DNA of 64,000 bases from assembly GCF_041956535.1 (NCBI RefSeq), contig NW_027192212.1, positions 29,206 to 93,205 on the forward strand. The letters run 5' to 3'. Under the pieces are notes generated by a model. That model had not been told where the DNA came from, did not search any database, and saw only the letters and a program-made list of their open reading frames with translations. How positions within the stretch are numbered: the stretch's first letter is position 1; each line of letters begins with the position of its first letter. Source of the DNA: Calcarisporiella thermophila CBS 279.70 (taxonomy: Eukaryota; Fungi; Calcarisporiellomycota). The position numbers and the translations under genes were made by a program. Positions 1-12,103 of the stretch are shown here, piece by piece.

Positions 1-52
1 TTAAAGTATTTTATTTTTTTTTTACTTAGTAAAAAAAAATAAAATACTTTAA
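1..52. repeat. Near-perfect AT-rich palindrome (25-26 bp arms, 1-nt centre)
   Basis: ttaaagtatttta(t)10act-t-agt(a)9taaaatactttaa; one indel in the homopolymer. Confidence 0.85.
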
Positions 53-87
53 TTTCTCCAACATTTTTGCCAGGTATTGTACATTGA

Positions 88-165
88 GGATTGGGATAAT
101 GGCCTGATGATTTGGGATAATACCCTGATGATTGGGATAATACCCTGATGATTTGGGATAGTGCC
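88..165. repeat. Tandem repeat, 20-21 bp unit, about 3.5 copies
   Basis: Unit ttgggataata/gccctgatga(t) repeated. Confidence 0.8.
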
Positions 166-619
166 ACAAATCTGGGGGGGGATATGGAGAAATGGATCAG
201 TAAAAGGCAAATTTGTTACCAAAAAAGGATAGAGCGGGGGGTTTTACGGTGGGTAAAAGACCGTCCCATCTGCCCTCATCCGCCCTTGTTTTCTTATATT
301 CCATTCTAAACTTTTTTCTAAGATACGTGACCTAAATTTTTGAAAAAAAATCGAATCGGACATTTTTTCCCTATGAACCTTATTGTATAACTCACAACAT
401 AAAAGGTATTTTGCAAGTCCATGTAGATTGATGGTTGTGATATGGATAGCTGTGTTTGCTTTTCGTAGCGCGACTTAATATAGCTTGATTTGAGGATAAA
501 AAGGGAAAATGATATGAAAAATAAAGATTATTCGATCACATTTCGAGGGTAGTTTATTTCCATAAAATCTGTCTAGTGCAGTCCAAATTTTCGAAAGGTT
601 GTGCCCTTGGGAAAGTCCA

Positions 620-901
620 TTATTTGGAATAGCAGCCGCCATAGCCATCCGCATTACAGCACTCCTTAAATGCCGAAAATAGGTTGGAATCCCATTTACC
701 ATACCACCAACCGCCTCCTCCAGGAGATCCAAGTCCCACCCATTCCCAGTTTCCTACTCCACAGCCCTTGGTCTGCCCAGCAGCACCTTCCCTTCCAATG
801 GCTGAACCGCAACCATAACCTCCCTTGACACAGTAATAAAGGGCACCTTCGATTCCAGAAATTGCGACGATAAGCAATATTAAAATTGAGATAAATTTCA
901 T
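620..901 (-). CDS. Small secreted Cys/Gly-rich protein (93 aa, 6 Cys)
   Basis: ATG start, hydrophobic signal peptide MKFISILILLIVAISGIEG, C..C..C..CC..C pattern, intronless. Confidence 0.8.
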   Translation of the reverse strand: MKFISILILLIVAISGIEGALYYCVKGGYGCGSAIGREGAAGQTKGCGVGNWEWVGLGSPGGGGWWYGKWDSNLFSAFKECCNADGYGGCYSK

Positions 902-1838
902 TGTTGAGATATCTTAAGGAATAGAGAACAAAAGCAATGGTGTTTTTTTTTTAACTTTGCAGAATTTATACTCACAAAGTGAATGAATCAGGTGAGTTTG
1001 AATGAAGCTTGAAGTCATCCTAATCTTTCGTATGAGTAATCATATTGAGATGTGACAGCAAAATTTAAATTCCCGTCAGAGAATTTGATCTCATCATAGA
1101 GTAATGCGTCCTCATTGGGATCGAAATTGAAGGTGAAGGTTTGTTTCAATAACAAATGTATTGTAGATTTGCCAAGTGAATCACCAAATGCAAGGCAGTA
1201 ATGACTCATTGCGCATGAGTTCATACAGTAGAATTTATATCCAATCAACATTTATTTTTAAGGATGCTCTCGGTAACGCATATTTGATACAATATTACCA
1301 TTTTATGCTATCAATAATGATAATATACTGAGGTAACTCCTAAGTCTTTAGTATAGTTTTAAGCATTAATATCTGCCGAATCATAAGTGTAGCGTGAATT
1401 ATTTTTTCGGCACTAGCTCTTCATAAGGAAATTGCTTGGGGCTCTGGGCCGGATATTAAGTTACACCGTAAAATTTAGAGTGTGGTGAAGATACGATTGA
1501 AGCAAGTGGCAAAAATTAATGAGACTATTTGTAATGTAGAGCTAATGGTATGTGAATAATTAGCCGTGCACCTTTACAATTTTAACTTTGCAGCGACCCT
1601 GTTTTTTAAAAATGAGAGAAAAAATTGAAAATAAAATTGTAAAAATTGTAAAATTTTCAAGATAACATAATGCTCTTTTTTTACGGAGAAAAATCGAAAA
1701 AATTAGATATTCATCCTTTTAGTGACAGCGCTTTAGATTACTCTATACCCTACAAAAAATTCCAATAGAGAAAATGGTTAAAAATCTTATAGAAATCATA
1801 AAGCTGTGAAAACATATAGAATCGCGAACCAGACCTTT

Positions 1839-2110
1839 TGTAACACGACCGAATTTACACTATAATATTAATTATAATACTCCCTTATTTACATTATTTA
1901 CCTATTTAATTACCTTTCCTTTTATATACTTATTGACCACAAATTTATTATTGGTGTATTAAAGTTCCACTTAGATACTCCCGAGATTCTATTTAAATTC
2001 ACTCCCTTTTGTTTATTGTTCCTCACCTCTTTCCTGAATTCCATTCTATCTTGAATTGAATTCTATTCTTTAAGAATAAGGATATCTAACAGTCCTCAAA
2101 AACTGTTACA
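1839..2110. mobile_element. Solo LTR (family A)
   Basis: TGTAACA...TGTTACA termini, perfect 5-bp TSD CCTTT (1834-1838 and 2111-2115), closely related copy at 46105-46354. Confidence 0.92.
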
Positions 2111-2250
2111 CCTTTATGGTTTCTTTATGTAATCTTTATGATCTCTTATTCCATATTCTTTTAGTTTTCTATACCTATGACTTGCTACTTTACTCACTAT
2201 TTTCTCTGTAATATTACTTTTTATTTACCTTATTTTTACCACATTATTTA

Positions 2251-3887
2251 CAGGATGCCGAAAAACTGTTGCAATGATATGTCATATTTTCTATATTAAT
2301 TAATTGATCAATAACTACCCTAGAAAAATGGATCGGAAGATTATTGTAAAAATATTTGCGATCTACACTATATTAAGGAATACCTGCAGGGTATGATTAA
2401 AGAATAAAAAATTAAGCTCCAGGGGGATGAATATTGGAAAAGTGTTGCAATATGTTTTTTGGACTTGGTATACAATATATGACTACATTTTTTTCTCATT
2501 CCACGGTTCTTGCTTCTTTATTTATTGTTTTCTCATCTGCATATGTCAAAATAAGAACACAAAACTCCACAAGTATATTTTATATACGTGACTACAATGA
2601 AGCCAATTTCCAACAAGACTCGCGACAGTGTTTTTATTTACTCCAAAGAAGGAAAGTCTTGTCGTCAAATAGCAAAACTGCTCGACATCCATTACTCAAC
2701 AGTTGCAAGAGTCATCGCAAGAGAAAGATGGCATCGGCCTTATTTCAAAAGGCCACCTGGTGGTCGCCCCCGAATTCTGAGTGAGAGACTGGAGAGAAAA
2801 ATAGCGACATTATTATCGTCAGGTCAGTGTAAAAATGCACCTGCAATTAAGAAATACTTCAAGGACGAATACGATGTGGATGTGTCTGTCGATGTTGTGA
2901 GGCTAGCGGTCAGACGTAACGAACTGCTTACTCGCGTAAGACCAAGGAAGCCTCTACTAACAACTGCACACCGAAGACGGAGGATGGAGTTTGCCAAGAA
3001 GTATAAAGACTGGTCCGAAGCTGATTGGAAACGAGTTGTATTCTCGGATGAAACACAGGTAACATTCGCCCAAGCAAGCGGCAGAGAATATTATTATAAG
3101 CACAAAGGTGAGCCACTCCGCAGCCGCCATATAAGGTCAACGCTCAAACACGGTGGTGGGTCTTTGATGGCGTGGGGCTGCGTCACTTCGCATGGCGTCG
3201 GTAACTTGTGCCGTATCGATGGAGGGCTCGACTCCGTATTGTACACGAATATCCTTAACGAAGATTATCTTGGATCTTTGGATTATTACGGGATAAAGAA
3301 ATCACAAGTCATATTCCAGCAAGACAACGATCCAAGACATACGTCCAAGGTAACCAGGGAATGGTTACGAAACAAGAGGATAGATGTGCTAGAATGGCCT
3401 TTGCAGTCTCCTGATCTCAATATAATGGAGCATATGTGGAGCGAACTGAAACGAAGGCTAAGCCATTATCAACGACTTCCGAAGAACAAGGATAAACTAT
3501 AGGAACGTATTGAGAAAGAATGGGAAAGCATAGGTGTAGAATTTGTCAGCTAGCTCTATGCAAGCATGCCGGAGCGAGTGCGTGCTGTATATAATGCAAA
3601 AGGAGATCACACAAAATATTAGTAAAAAAGAGTGCAATACGCAATTTGTGAAAACTGTCTATATAAGTGGCATATCTGTAAAGGACATTGCAACACTTTT
3701 TCCAACTTTAACCTCCCAGCATTATAGGTTTTCTTTTTTAAACATGGATATCACGTATTAATAAAACTAGTCTCAATGTTGTACATTTTTACAATAATCT
3801 TCCGATCCATTCTTCTAGGGTAGTTATTGACTAATTAATTAATATAGGAAATATGACATATCATTGCAACAGTTTTTCGGCAACCTG
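2251..3887 (+). mobile_element. Tc1/mariner DNA transposon (Tc1, DD34E) with IR/DR-type ends
   Basis: About 100-bp TIRs (caggatgccgaaaaactgttgcaatga... and ...tcattgcaacagtttttcggcaacctg) flanked by TA on both sides; internal transposase. Confidence 0.95.
2597..3622 (+). pseudogene. Tc1 transposase with two premature TAG stops near the C-terminus
   Basis: HTH and GRPR motif, FSDE, QQDND...SPDLNIME (34 residues between D and E). The frame continues through TAG 3500-3502 and a second TAG near 3551 to AKGDHTKY* at 3622. Confidence 0.9.
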
Positions 3888-4400
3888 TATATCTGATCCT
3901 TACCTATAATAATAATAGTAAAAATATAAGCGAAAAATAGGAGTGAGGATCAGAAAACAAATAGCTGAACTATTTAAAGAATAACAACAAAAACAATAAA
4001 CAGGATTTTCATATACACCCAAACAAGTAATAATTAGATGCATGTAAAATTAAGTAAAAATTAAATCCTGACACGACGATCTTTATGCAACACTATCTAT
4101 GCCTTCACTGTTTCTTACTCTTTTGTTTCATAGTCACCTAGTTAAGCCATTAGCCACTGCATTATTCTTTTAACCTTTTAGCTTATATATATGTACTATT
4201 TTCCTTAGTTAATTTTAATGACAATAACCATAGTTTTTCCTCCTTAATTTTCCACTGAACACTGACACATCGACCTAACCTTATCCATGCCCTAAGAGAA
4301 GTTTATATGCAGCCTTTTGTTAGATTAATAAGTTAAAAATTTCTAGAACATAATTTATGCAGACTACCATGTAGAAAGCGGAACTTTCATACTGTATTCT

Positions 4401-4806
4401 TCTCGATTTTATTGATTTGAGTGTAGCGGTCTTTTTTGGTAGACTTAATAATAATAATATAGCAAATTGGTCTTTAATCAAAATAATAATAATAATATCC
4501 CAAAAATCATTAGATGTCCTCACCTTAATAATAATAATATAGCAAATTGGTGAGGAACCATAAACAAAAACAAAGGAATTAAATAATCGAAGAAATAATC
4601 GGATGATATGATAATCAGGCGATAAATAACTGCGATCAGGAGATAAGTGGTCTAAGCAAAATAATAGAAATAAAATAATAAAAATAATAAAAATAATAAG
4701 ATAAAAAGATAAGATTAAATATTACTATCGAACGAATTAGTTGAGGAAAGTTTAGGTAGGACTTGAATAGTTCGTCCCGCTACATCTCGATTTTATTGAT
4801 TTGAGT
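4401..4806. repeat. Short dispersed direct repeats
   Basis: cttaataataataatatagcaaattggt at 4444 and 4524; tctcgattttattgatttgagt at 4401 and 4785. Confidence 0.6.
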
Positions 4807-4915
4807 TACTCTTTTGAGCTTCCTTTGATCAGGTGTTTATTATAGAATTTTTTCAGATATCTACTGGCATACTAAAATGGCTTATTTTAATGGTTCCATT
4901 ACAACAAATATCGAC

Positions 4916-6150
4916 TCAACAGTTCCTTCTACTATCCGCACTCCTCTGATTACCTAGATCTCTCTTTCCTTTACTCTTGCCTTTACGCACTTTATCAGCT
5001 CTGCTACTGATTCCCACTTGCCGTCGTTTGCTCTCAAATGCTGGAATTAGCCGGTTGGGTCGCCTCGAGTTACTTGCAACTCCATTTGCTCTTTTTCGCC
5101 TCTTTTCCATGTTCTGAGCCTTCTTTTGGCGAGGGTTCCCATCGTTCATTGTATCCGTAGTAGCTCTTAAAGCTAAGATAAAAATATTGGAAATGATGTT
5201 AGTGCTTGGAGTAGTTTCCCTCGCAATTATATACTAGTAATACTATTAGCACGCCTCTTCGCTCCTTTTTTTGCGTTGAAATGCTCTTGCGTATCTCCAT
5301 TCACTTCGTTTTCAACATCACTGTCTTCAGGTGTTCTGCTTGAATGATAGCTCTCTAACTCTTCAGCCAGATGCATAGATATGTTTCGGTTGTCTTTCAC
5401 TTTCCCTGATTCATAAGCTCCTACAGTATATAAAAAAATAAATGTTATCTTTGAAATGCACACAAGTAATAAGGTAAGCTGATTACGTCTATTGTGGATG
5501 ATTTGCTTGATCCATTCGCGTACTGCCCAATCTCTTCTGGTTCTGGGAAAGGATTTGAATTCTTTCTTGAACTAGAACGTAGAAGCGAAATAGTGAGTAT
5601 CAACCGATGTATTGGCGTAACGTACTGGCTAATGGGATTAAACTTGGTTACCATTCGCACTACTTTGGTGATTTTCTGAGGGTCTTGAGAGGTGTATGGG
5701 CCATCGGTGTTGACCCCGACAAGCTTCATTAAATCTCTTATTACTAGCTAAAAGTTTTGATATCCAGGAGTCAGTCAACAGATTGGAGTGTAAACATACT
5801 GTACCTATTTAAAATCAAATCGAAAGCTTACACGATAAACCCTTACATCTTCAGGTCCCAAGCCCAAATACTCTCCTACATTTATAAATGTTTTTTTGTT
5901 CCGAAGTATGGGTTTGTCAATACAATCTTCATCTTGCTCTTCATCCTATAATTCATATAGGATTAATCAAAAACGGTTAATTTTTTTAATACTGCTAGCC
6001 TACCACTATTGGTTTCAGTTTAAATTTCGCTTGAATTCCAGGGTCCTGGCATTGCCAACCTGTACTTATTCCAGCTACACTCTGCCGATTCCCTTTGTTG
6101 CTCGGAAATTCTTGATCTTTCTGGATATCATTCATCTCAACCTAAGTGCA
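4916..6150 (-). CDS. Multi-exon gene or fragment encoding a low-complexity K/R/E-rich protein, possibly a TE accessory gene
   Basis: Several minus-strand open segments (4916-5180, 5227-5420, 5640-5800, 5845-5947, 6005-6140), some flanked by GT/AG; no recognisable domain. Confidence 0.35.
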
Positions 6151-6270
6151 TAAAACTGTGGTGCAAGAAACTGGTAAGCAAAATGTAAAAGATTATAGGT
6201 TTCGTTACACTTTATAGCCCATGATAAAAATGTCGAGAGTACTATTATCTAAACCAATCTTGTGATTTAG

Positions 6271-8160
6271 GCATTAAATCTCGTTCAATTCTCTTCGATC
6301 TCAGCACAACCTCATTCCCTGCATCTTTTCCTATCGATATCATGCATCTCTTCTTCGAGAACATTGGTAGGCGAAGTGTGGGCCGTGCAACAAGGCTATT
6401 TCGCTTGTGGATTATTGCAAATTTTAATTGATTTACTAATTTACTTTAGCCCCTCTAATGTACTCACACTGGGCTGGTGATTTCTCATTACCGGAAGGAG
6501 CTGACATTAACCAAGAACATATTCTATCAACACCCGAGTTGGAAGAGATTGGAGCATCAATGCAGGCCTGTCGAAAAAAGATCCCGACCAGTTTCGGAAG
6601 GCCTCCACGTAATGTCTACAAGTTCAGCAAAGGATATAAAGCTGAAGAGTGGATGGACTGGGTTATAATGTATTCGCTCGTCTTTCTCAATGGTAAACTT
6701 CCTTCTAGGTAGGATGCACTCTTAGTATCCATATCCGTTGTCATTCTCTTTACTTCGGTGAATCAAACAAGTGCTTTTAATCTAGCATATTGAATGGGTG
6801 GGCTAAATTTGTATCGGCTGTCCGGCTTTGTCTCTCTTGGACATTAACAGATGGGGAGGTAAACGAGATACATGAAGTCATCAAGTTTTTTTATGACCAC
6901 TATGTTGAGTAAATGTCTACTGCGTATCATTTAAATGGGATATGATTGCCTAAGTCCGAATTTGGTTCCCTAGGGAATATTGTGGAGAGAGTATGGAGTT
7001 TTTACCTGCACACCGAATCGTCTTTCACTACTTGCTCCATGTTACTGATTCGATTAAAGAGTATGGACCACCCTGATCGTACTGGCAGTTTCCAATGGAG
7101 AGATACTGCGGCATGCTTATCCCTTATGTGAAGTAAGCGTTCAATCTTAACGAAATGTCTGATTATGCTGCTAAACAAGCCTGCTTCTTTATATTGGCAC
7201 CAAGATCGAAGTCTCGCCCATCTGCAAATCTCTTTTCTCAGATATATTATCGAGAAAAACTAAATCATTTATCGTTTATTCAATCAGTTGCTGCTATTAG
7301 CCCTGCAGTGGAAAGACTTCCGGCGTCCTGGACAACAGAAAAGAGTTTTTGGTTAGATCATTACGAAGAAGAGCTGTATTGGCCTAGAAAATTTTATGAA
7401 TTAGACGGTACTGAATTCCATCGACTAAAGGAATATTATGCAACGATATATGAATGCAATATCTTTTCTCTTGAGGTAACATTTATTTGCTATAAACTGA
7501 GTTATTTTTACTTCAGTACACAGCAACTATACATTATAACCTGAAACATTATCCCCTCGAATTAGGACGTTCCAAGAACTGGTTACCAATACGTACGACT
7601 ACGAACTAAAGATGGCCATTATATTAGCTCTAAGAAGTTTCGTAATGAATCTGAGGATTATTGGCGGAACAATTACACAGTTGCGGTTTGTATCTTTAGC
7701 AACAGAAATGTGGGGTTTAAATACGCCTTCCAGCTAATTTGTCACTGTAACATGTAGGCTATATTTCAAGTGGATCGTAATGCAAGGTTCCAAAATTGGC
7801 CAGAAGATATGGTAAAGAAAGAATGCTATGCTGAGGTGGAGGTGAGTTCCAAACTGTTCATGTCGCTTAACCGCTCAAATGTGTGCCATGAATAGCTGCA
7901 TCTTACGACACTACTTGTAATTTGTCGCTCATAAAATGTATGGTCATTATAGTATTATTTTCATCATAAATTTCGGGAAAAAGATCTCATGTTGGCGTTC
8001 GTGCGCTGGGCGAAAGACTGGCACAAAGGTGCATATGACCTAAGGAGCTTCGATACGGTTAGCTCGGTGGGGTTTATCGGCGTAGAAGCGCTGGATAGGT
8101 GTGTGGTGGATAAAAAAGGGATCACGAACATACATAGTGGATAAAGAGAATTTTAACACA
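6271..8160 (+). pseudogene. CACTA/EnSpm (CMC)-type transposase, multi-intron, 5'-truncated and disrupted
   Basis: Exon translations SFPIDIMHLFFENI, IPTSFGRPPRN...YKAEEW, FHYLLHVTDSIKEYGPP*SYWQFPMERYCGML resemble fungal CMC transposases; in-frame stop near 7074. Confidence 0.75.
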
Positions 8161-8265
8161 TTGCCATCGACAGACTGAACCTGGAAGTATATGGACTACG
8201 CCTAGTAAAACATATTATCTTTAGCTCTGTAAATTACGGGATTTGGCAAAATAGTTTTGGAATAA

Positions 8266-8309
8266 TTGATTGTATTATCTCTCTAGCACTAGAGAGATAA
8301 TACAATCAA
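8266..8309. repeat. Perfect hairpin palindrome (21-bp arms, 2-nt loop)
   Basis: ttgattgtattatctctctag-ca-ctagagagataatacaatcaa. Confidence 0.9.
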
Positions 8310-8722
8310 ATTAGCTAGCTAATTTTGTGTGTTGTGTAATTATTAAATCAGTTTTGGAGACTCGTAAATTACTTTTTATTTGGGATCTGCTTAGAGTTAC
8401 GGCCGAAATTGGTCAGTAGGCCTAAGCTAAGTCTCTGAGTCTTGGTTATTTTTTGGGCCACCTGACAAGAATGCATGTTCCATACACCAGTTTTGGGCCA
8501 AAACATATAGATTTTGGAAACTTTCCAAAAACTCCCCAAACAGTTTTAGCCAATTATCCTAATGAGGGTTTTTTGTAGGGATGTAAAATAATTACAAGAA
8601 GATATTTGAGTGATTACAAGAGTTACCATGAGGGGATTGGAAAACATACGTATAATTTGCCGCTGTACTATCATAGTATTGATGATCACCATTCTGTTTC
8701 AGTTCCGCCCTAGTTACGTATT

Positions 8723-11324
8723 CTATCCTCCATTAGCATGAAGTCTACGGACCCTTTTCAATCTTTCGCCAATATCTCTATTCACATCCTCAATAGCGAC
8801 ACATACACTGGTATGTTCCGGTTGAATTAAAATGGCACCTTGTCGTGTTTCCTTTAGCTTTGCCTCCAATTCTTCTGTCGCCCTGTTTCCTTCGGTTATC
8901 CATAGAAACGTAGCTTTGATTGTATATCCTTCTTCGATCAGATCTTGTGTCCAGCTATTCCAGTTAGCGAAAAATTTTGACTCCGAATCTGAATGATACT
9001 TGGAAATAGTGATTTGTATTGGAACCAAGTGAGCCGTCTTATTTTTCTCATCTAATGACAAGATCAAACCGTCAATTGCCTTGAAGTTGTAAGCCAAAGG
9101 AATATATAATGCCAGCTTGAGATCAAAATTGTATGTAGGAAAATCACTGCTGAACACAATCGTTTTCATGTTAGAGAATCCTAGCCCATTTACTTTTAAT
9201 CCATTCTGTGAAATGCTGCTAAGACTCGCCTGCTCCACGACAAACCCAAGAACGGAAGGATTGTCTTTAAAAGTACGCAACCTGTTAAGCCATTCACGAT
9301 CAAGGAAAATGTCCTCTCCCACTTCACGAAATATTCCTGACATAGCAGCACGTGCCAACCCACAGGTATAGTGACCGATATAGTTCTCATCAATATAGAA
9401 GTAGCGATGATCGTAGCTTTTCATGGTATTTAACATTTTCTTATTGAGCAAGCATCCACGCATGACATCAATATACCTATAGATTGGAGAAAATTGAATA
9501 TATTATATGTTTAAAAACAAACCAAAGTAGCGTCTAGACTTGCCTTCTCCATTCCTGTTGGTTTGATTCAATCTTCTTCTGCTCTGCAAAAGCCACCACT
9601 TGACTAGGTATATTTAACAGCTCCTGAGAATTCAAGAAATTGGACTTTATATCTTTAAAATCCCTATTACTCTCTAATCTTAAAAGAGCGCGTAGAAAAA
9701 GAGGTGTACGACCGGTGATATCCTCAATAAATTCTTTTTCAGTTTGATTTATATTTGGCAAACAATCTGAATAAAGCTTCCACCATTCCTGCATCTCTGC
9801 CTAGTTAACAAAGAGCAAATTTAAAATATAAATAATTACTTCCCATACTATAATTAAGAAATTTTCTTACCTTTGTCAGTCCTCCTAAAAGAGCGATCTT
9901 TTTTTCAGATAACTGTTTCTGCTCCATATGAATGGCTGACTGAAAATTCGCCGATGCGCTTTTAATGGCATAATGACTATACATTATTTGATCTAAGCAT
10001 ACTTGTATTGAGCTTTTTATAGTATTGCAGATATTATCTCTGTTAACCAACTCGTGGTCCAGGGCATTTAGTTGGTCAATGATGAAATAGAGTCGGATCG
10101 AATCCCTGTCAAAGATTTCATCGCAGAATGCATTGATTTTCTCCGTGGTGTCACACTTTAAAATTTCGAGTTGATAGGATTCGGAGTCACCAAAGGTAAG
10201 AAGAAGAGCTTCTTTAAGATACCTCAGGAAATTTTGAGCCATAGCGCGACAATCTGGGAGGTAGACAACTCGTTTTCCTTGTTGAAAGAGGAGACATGCC
10301 ATAGCTGCAAGGATATGGGACTTTCCATAGCCAATACTTCCGTAAACATAGAGCCTATTATAATAGGAAGGATCGCGAAAGTTTTCGATCTCAGCCAGCA
10401 CTCGAGCGAATCCTTCGCGACCCATGTAAATGAAACATCCATCGGTAATATTAAATCGGTCGACTGGGAGAAGGCCGAGAAACGGAAAGGGAAGCTTGAT
10501 CAATTTACTGGGGTCGGAAAACTCCTCAGGGTCTCGGGGGGTCTCGGTCATTATGCGGTCGAAGAGTGCCTGGTATGGTGATATCACTAAAATTGGATAT
10601 AAACTAAGTAATCTCAGTTTGCAATCTATAGCCTAAGTGTAATATTACTTTTCAATATAGTATCCATTGTTGGTCTCTTCGAAGGGCCCTCATCTTCAGT
10701 AAAAAATAATGCTTTTAATGAGTATATTATATAAAATAATTTAATTAGCATAGGATATACCTGTATCCAGACGCCGCTTATTTTCAGTGCCTAATGAAAG
10801 ATGTATCAAAAACGGTAATGAGTTGAAGTGCATAGTAGACACAAATTTTATGTTGAAAAGGCTAAGCAAAAATGCCTAAAGCATACAAATATATTAATTT
10901 GTAATATATACCTTGATTCTTTCCTAATAGATATTAAGTAAATAAGATGAAAAATCAATCGAAATTATAAAATTAAAATTACAAAATAAAATAATATATA
11001 TTTACCTTTAATCGGTAGTTCAACGATTATATGAATATATTTATTCCTAGGTTCCTCTGGGAAAATCTCACATATTTCGTCTAATGGTGACAGTAGCCGC
11101 TTTTTTGCTTTAACGAAATTATTATTAATGGATGTATTGTAGGCTTCAAAAGGGATGTCGCTCTTCCATAGTTTGATCTGTGAAATGTCGTAAGCATCTA
11201 ACTGTTTCTTATTTGTTTGCTGAATTACTTCTTTAAGGCCATGGATACTCTCAGCTTCGTCTATTTTAACCGGAAAGGGCTCTGAAAACTCGTCTCCATT
11301 TTTGATCATGCAATTTAACTTCAT
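8723..11324 (-). CDS. Crinkler (CRN)-type effector: CRN ubiquitin-like N-terminus + P-loop NTPase + restriction-endonuclease-like domain
   Basis: Exon 1 MKLNC...FPVKID...LK...IKLWK...HIIVELP (LFLAK and HVLVxxP equivalents); Walker A GSIGYGKS, Walker B FIIDQ; C-terminal AIDGLIL...PIQITIS. Exons about 11324-11006, micro-exons near 10912-10923, 10761-10790, 10650-10692, then 10587-9871, 9800-9544, 9476-8723. Confidence 0.88.
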
Positions 11325-11577
11325 TATTAAACAATTTTTAATTGTTTTCAACAAATACAATATAATGAGTGTGATGTGATAAGAGTTTTATGACGTAAGC
11401 CATTACAAAAATTCCATTACAAAAATTGCAGTAAATCCCAAGCCACATCTTCTTGGATGCTAATTATACGGATAGGCTCATAAGTAAAAATGTCCGAAAA
11501 ATTTCTTTATCAAAAAAATTGGTCATCTTTTTCAAAAATTCTTTGCAGGAGGGTGGCTTATTACTCTTCTTGATTTT

Positions 11578-11880
11578 TGTTATGGATAGTTTGAGATAGG
11601 AGAGTAAGAGAAAACTCCGCTTAGTTTATTCCAAAGTCCAAAAGCCAATATATATATATGCATATAATGATGATGTCACAAATAGTCACAAGTATAAGAC
11701 AAGCTGAAACTACGAAACGTAACATAATCCCAACACCAAGAGCGAACGTCCCGAGAGCAACCATGTACAATCTAATCATGCGTGGCCTCCCGCGAAACAT
11801 ACATACGCAACCGGTCTACCGTAGCGGTCCTCGACTTCTTCGCTCCTTGTTTTCAGAGTTCATAAGTCTTAGGCCCTATT
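11578..11880 (-). mobile_element. 3' fragment of Ty3/gypsy element (integrase tail, PPT, short LTR at 11578-11724)
   Basis: Reverse complement matches 46470-46816 (ctcgggacgtt..cttggtgttgggattatgttac; aagcggagttttctcttactctcctatctcaaactatccataaca). Confidence 0.85.
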
Positions 11881-12103
11881 AGATCTTAGACAATGAATGT
11901 ATAGCCTGCATTTCATTTGGCTAACAGCCCATTATTTTGGATTTATTATATGATGATGCGAGAAAATTGCCTGTACATTGAATCGAAACTCCACTGTGAA
12001 GTATGCCTAATAATTGTATTCATCTTATGAAAATTATTCTTTTTCTTGCTATATGACAACCAAATTTTATACCAAATTTATAAAAATTACCAATTCGTCT
12101 ATA

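Noticed and set aside
88-165. CRISPR-like or telomeric array
   Set aside because: Units are contiguous with no unique spacers, the context is eukaryotic, and the array is short and degenerate
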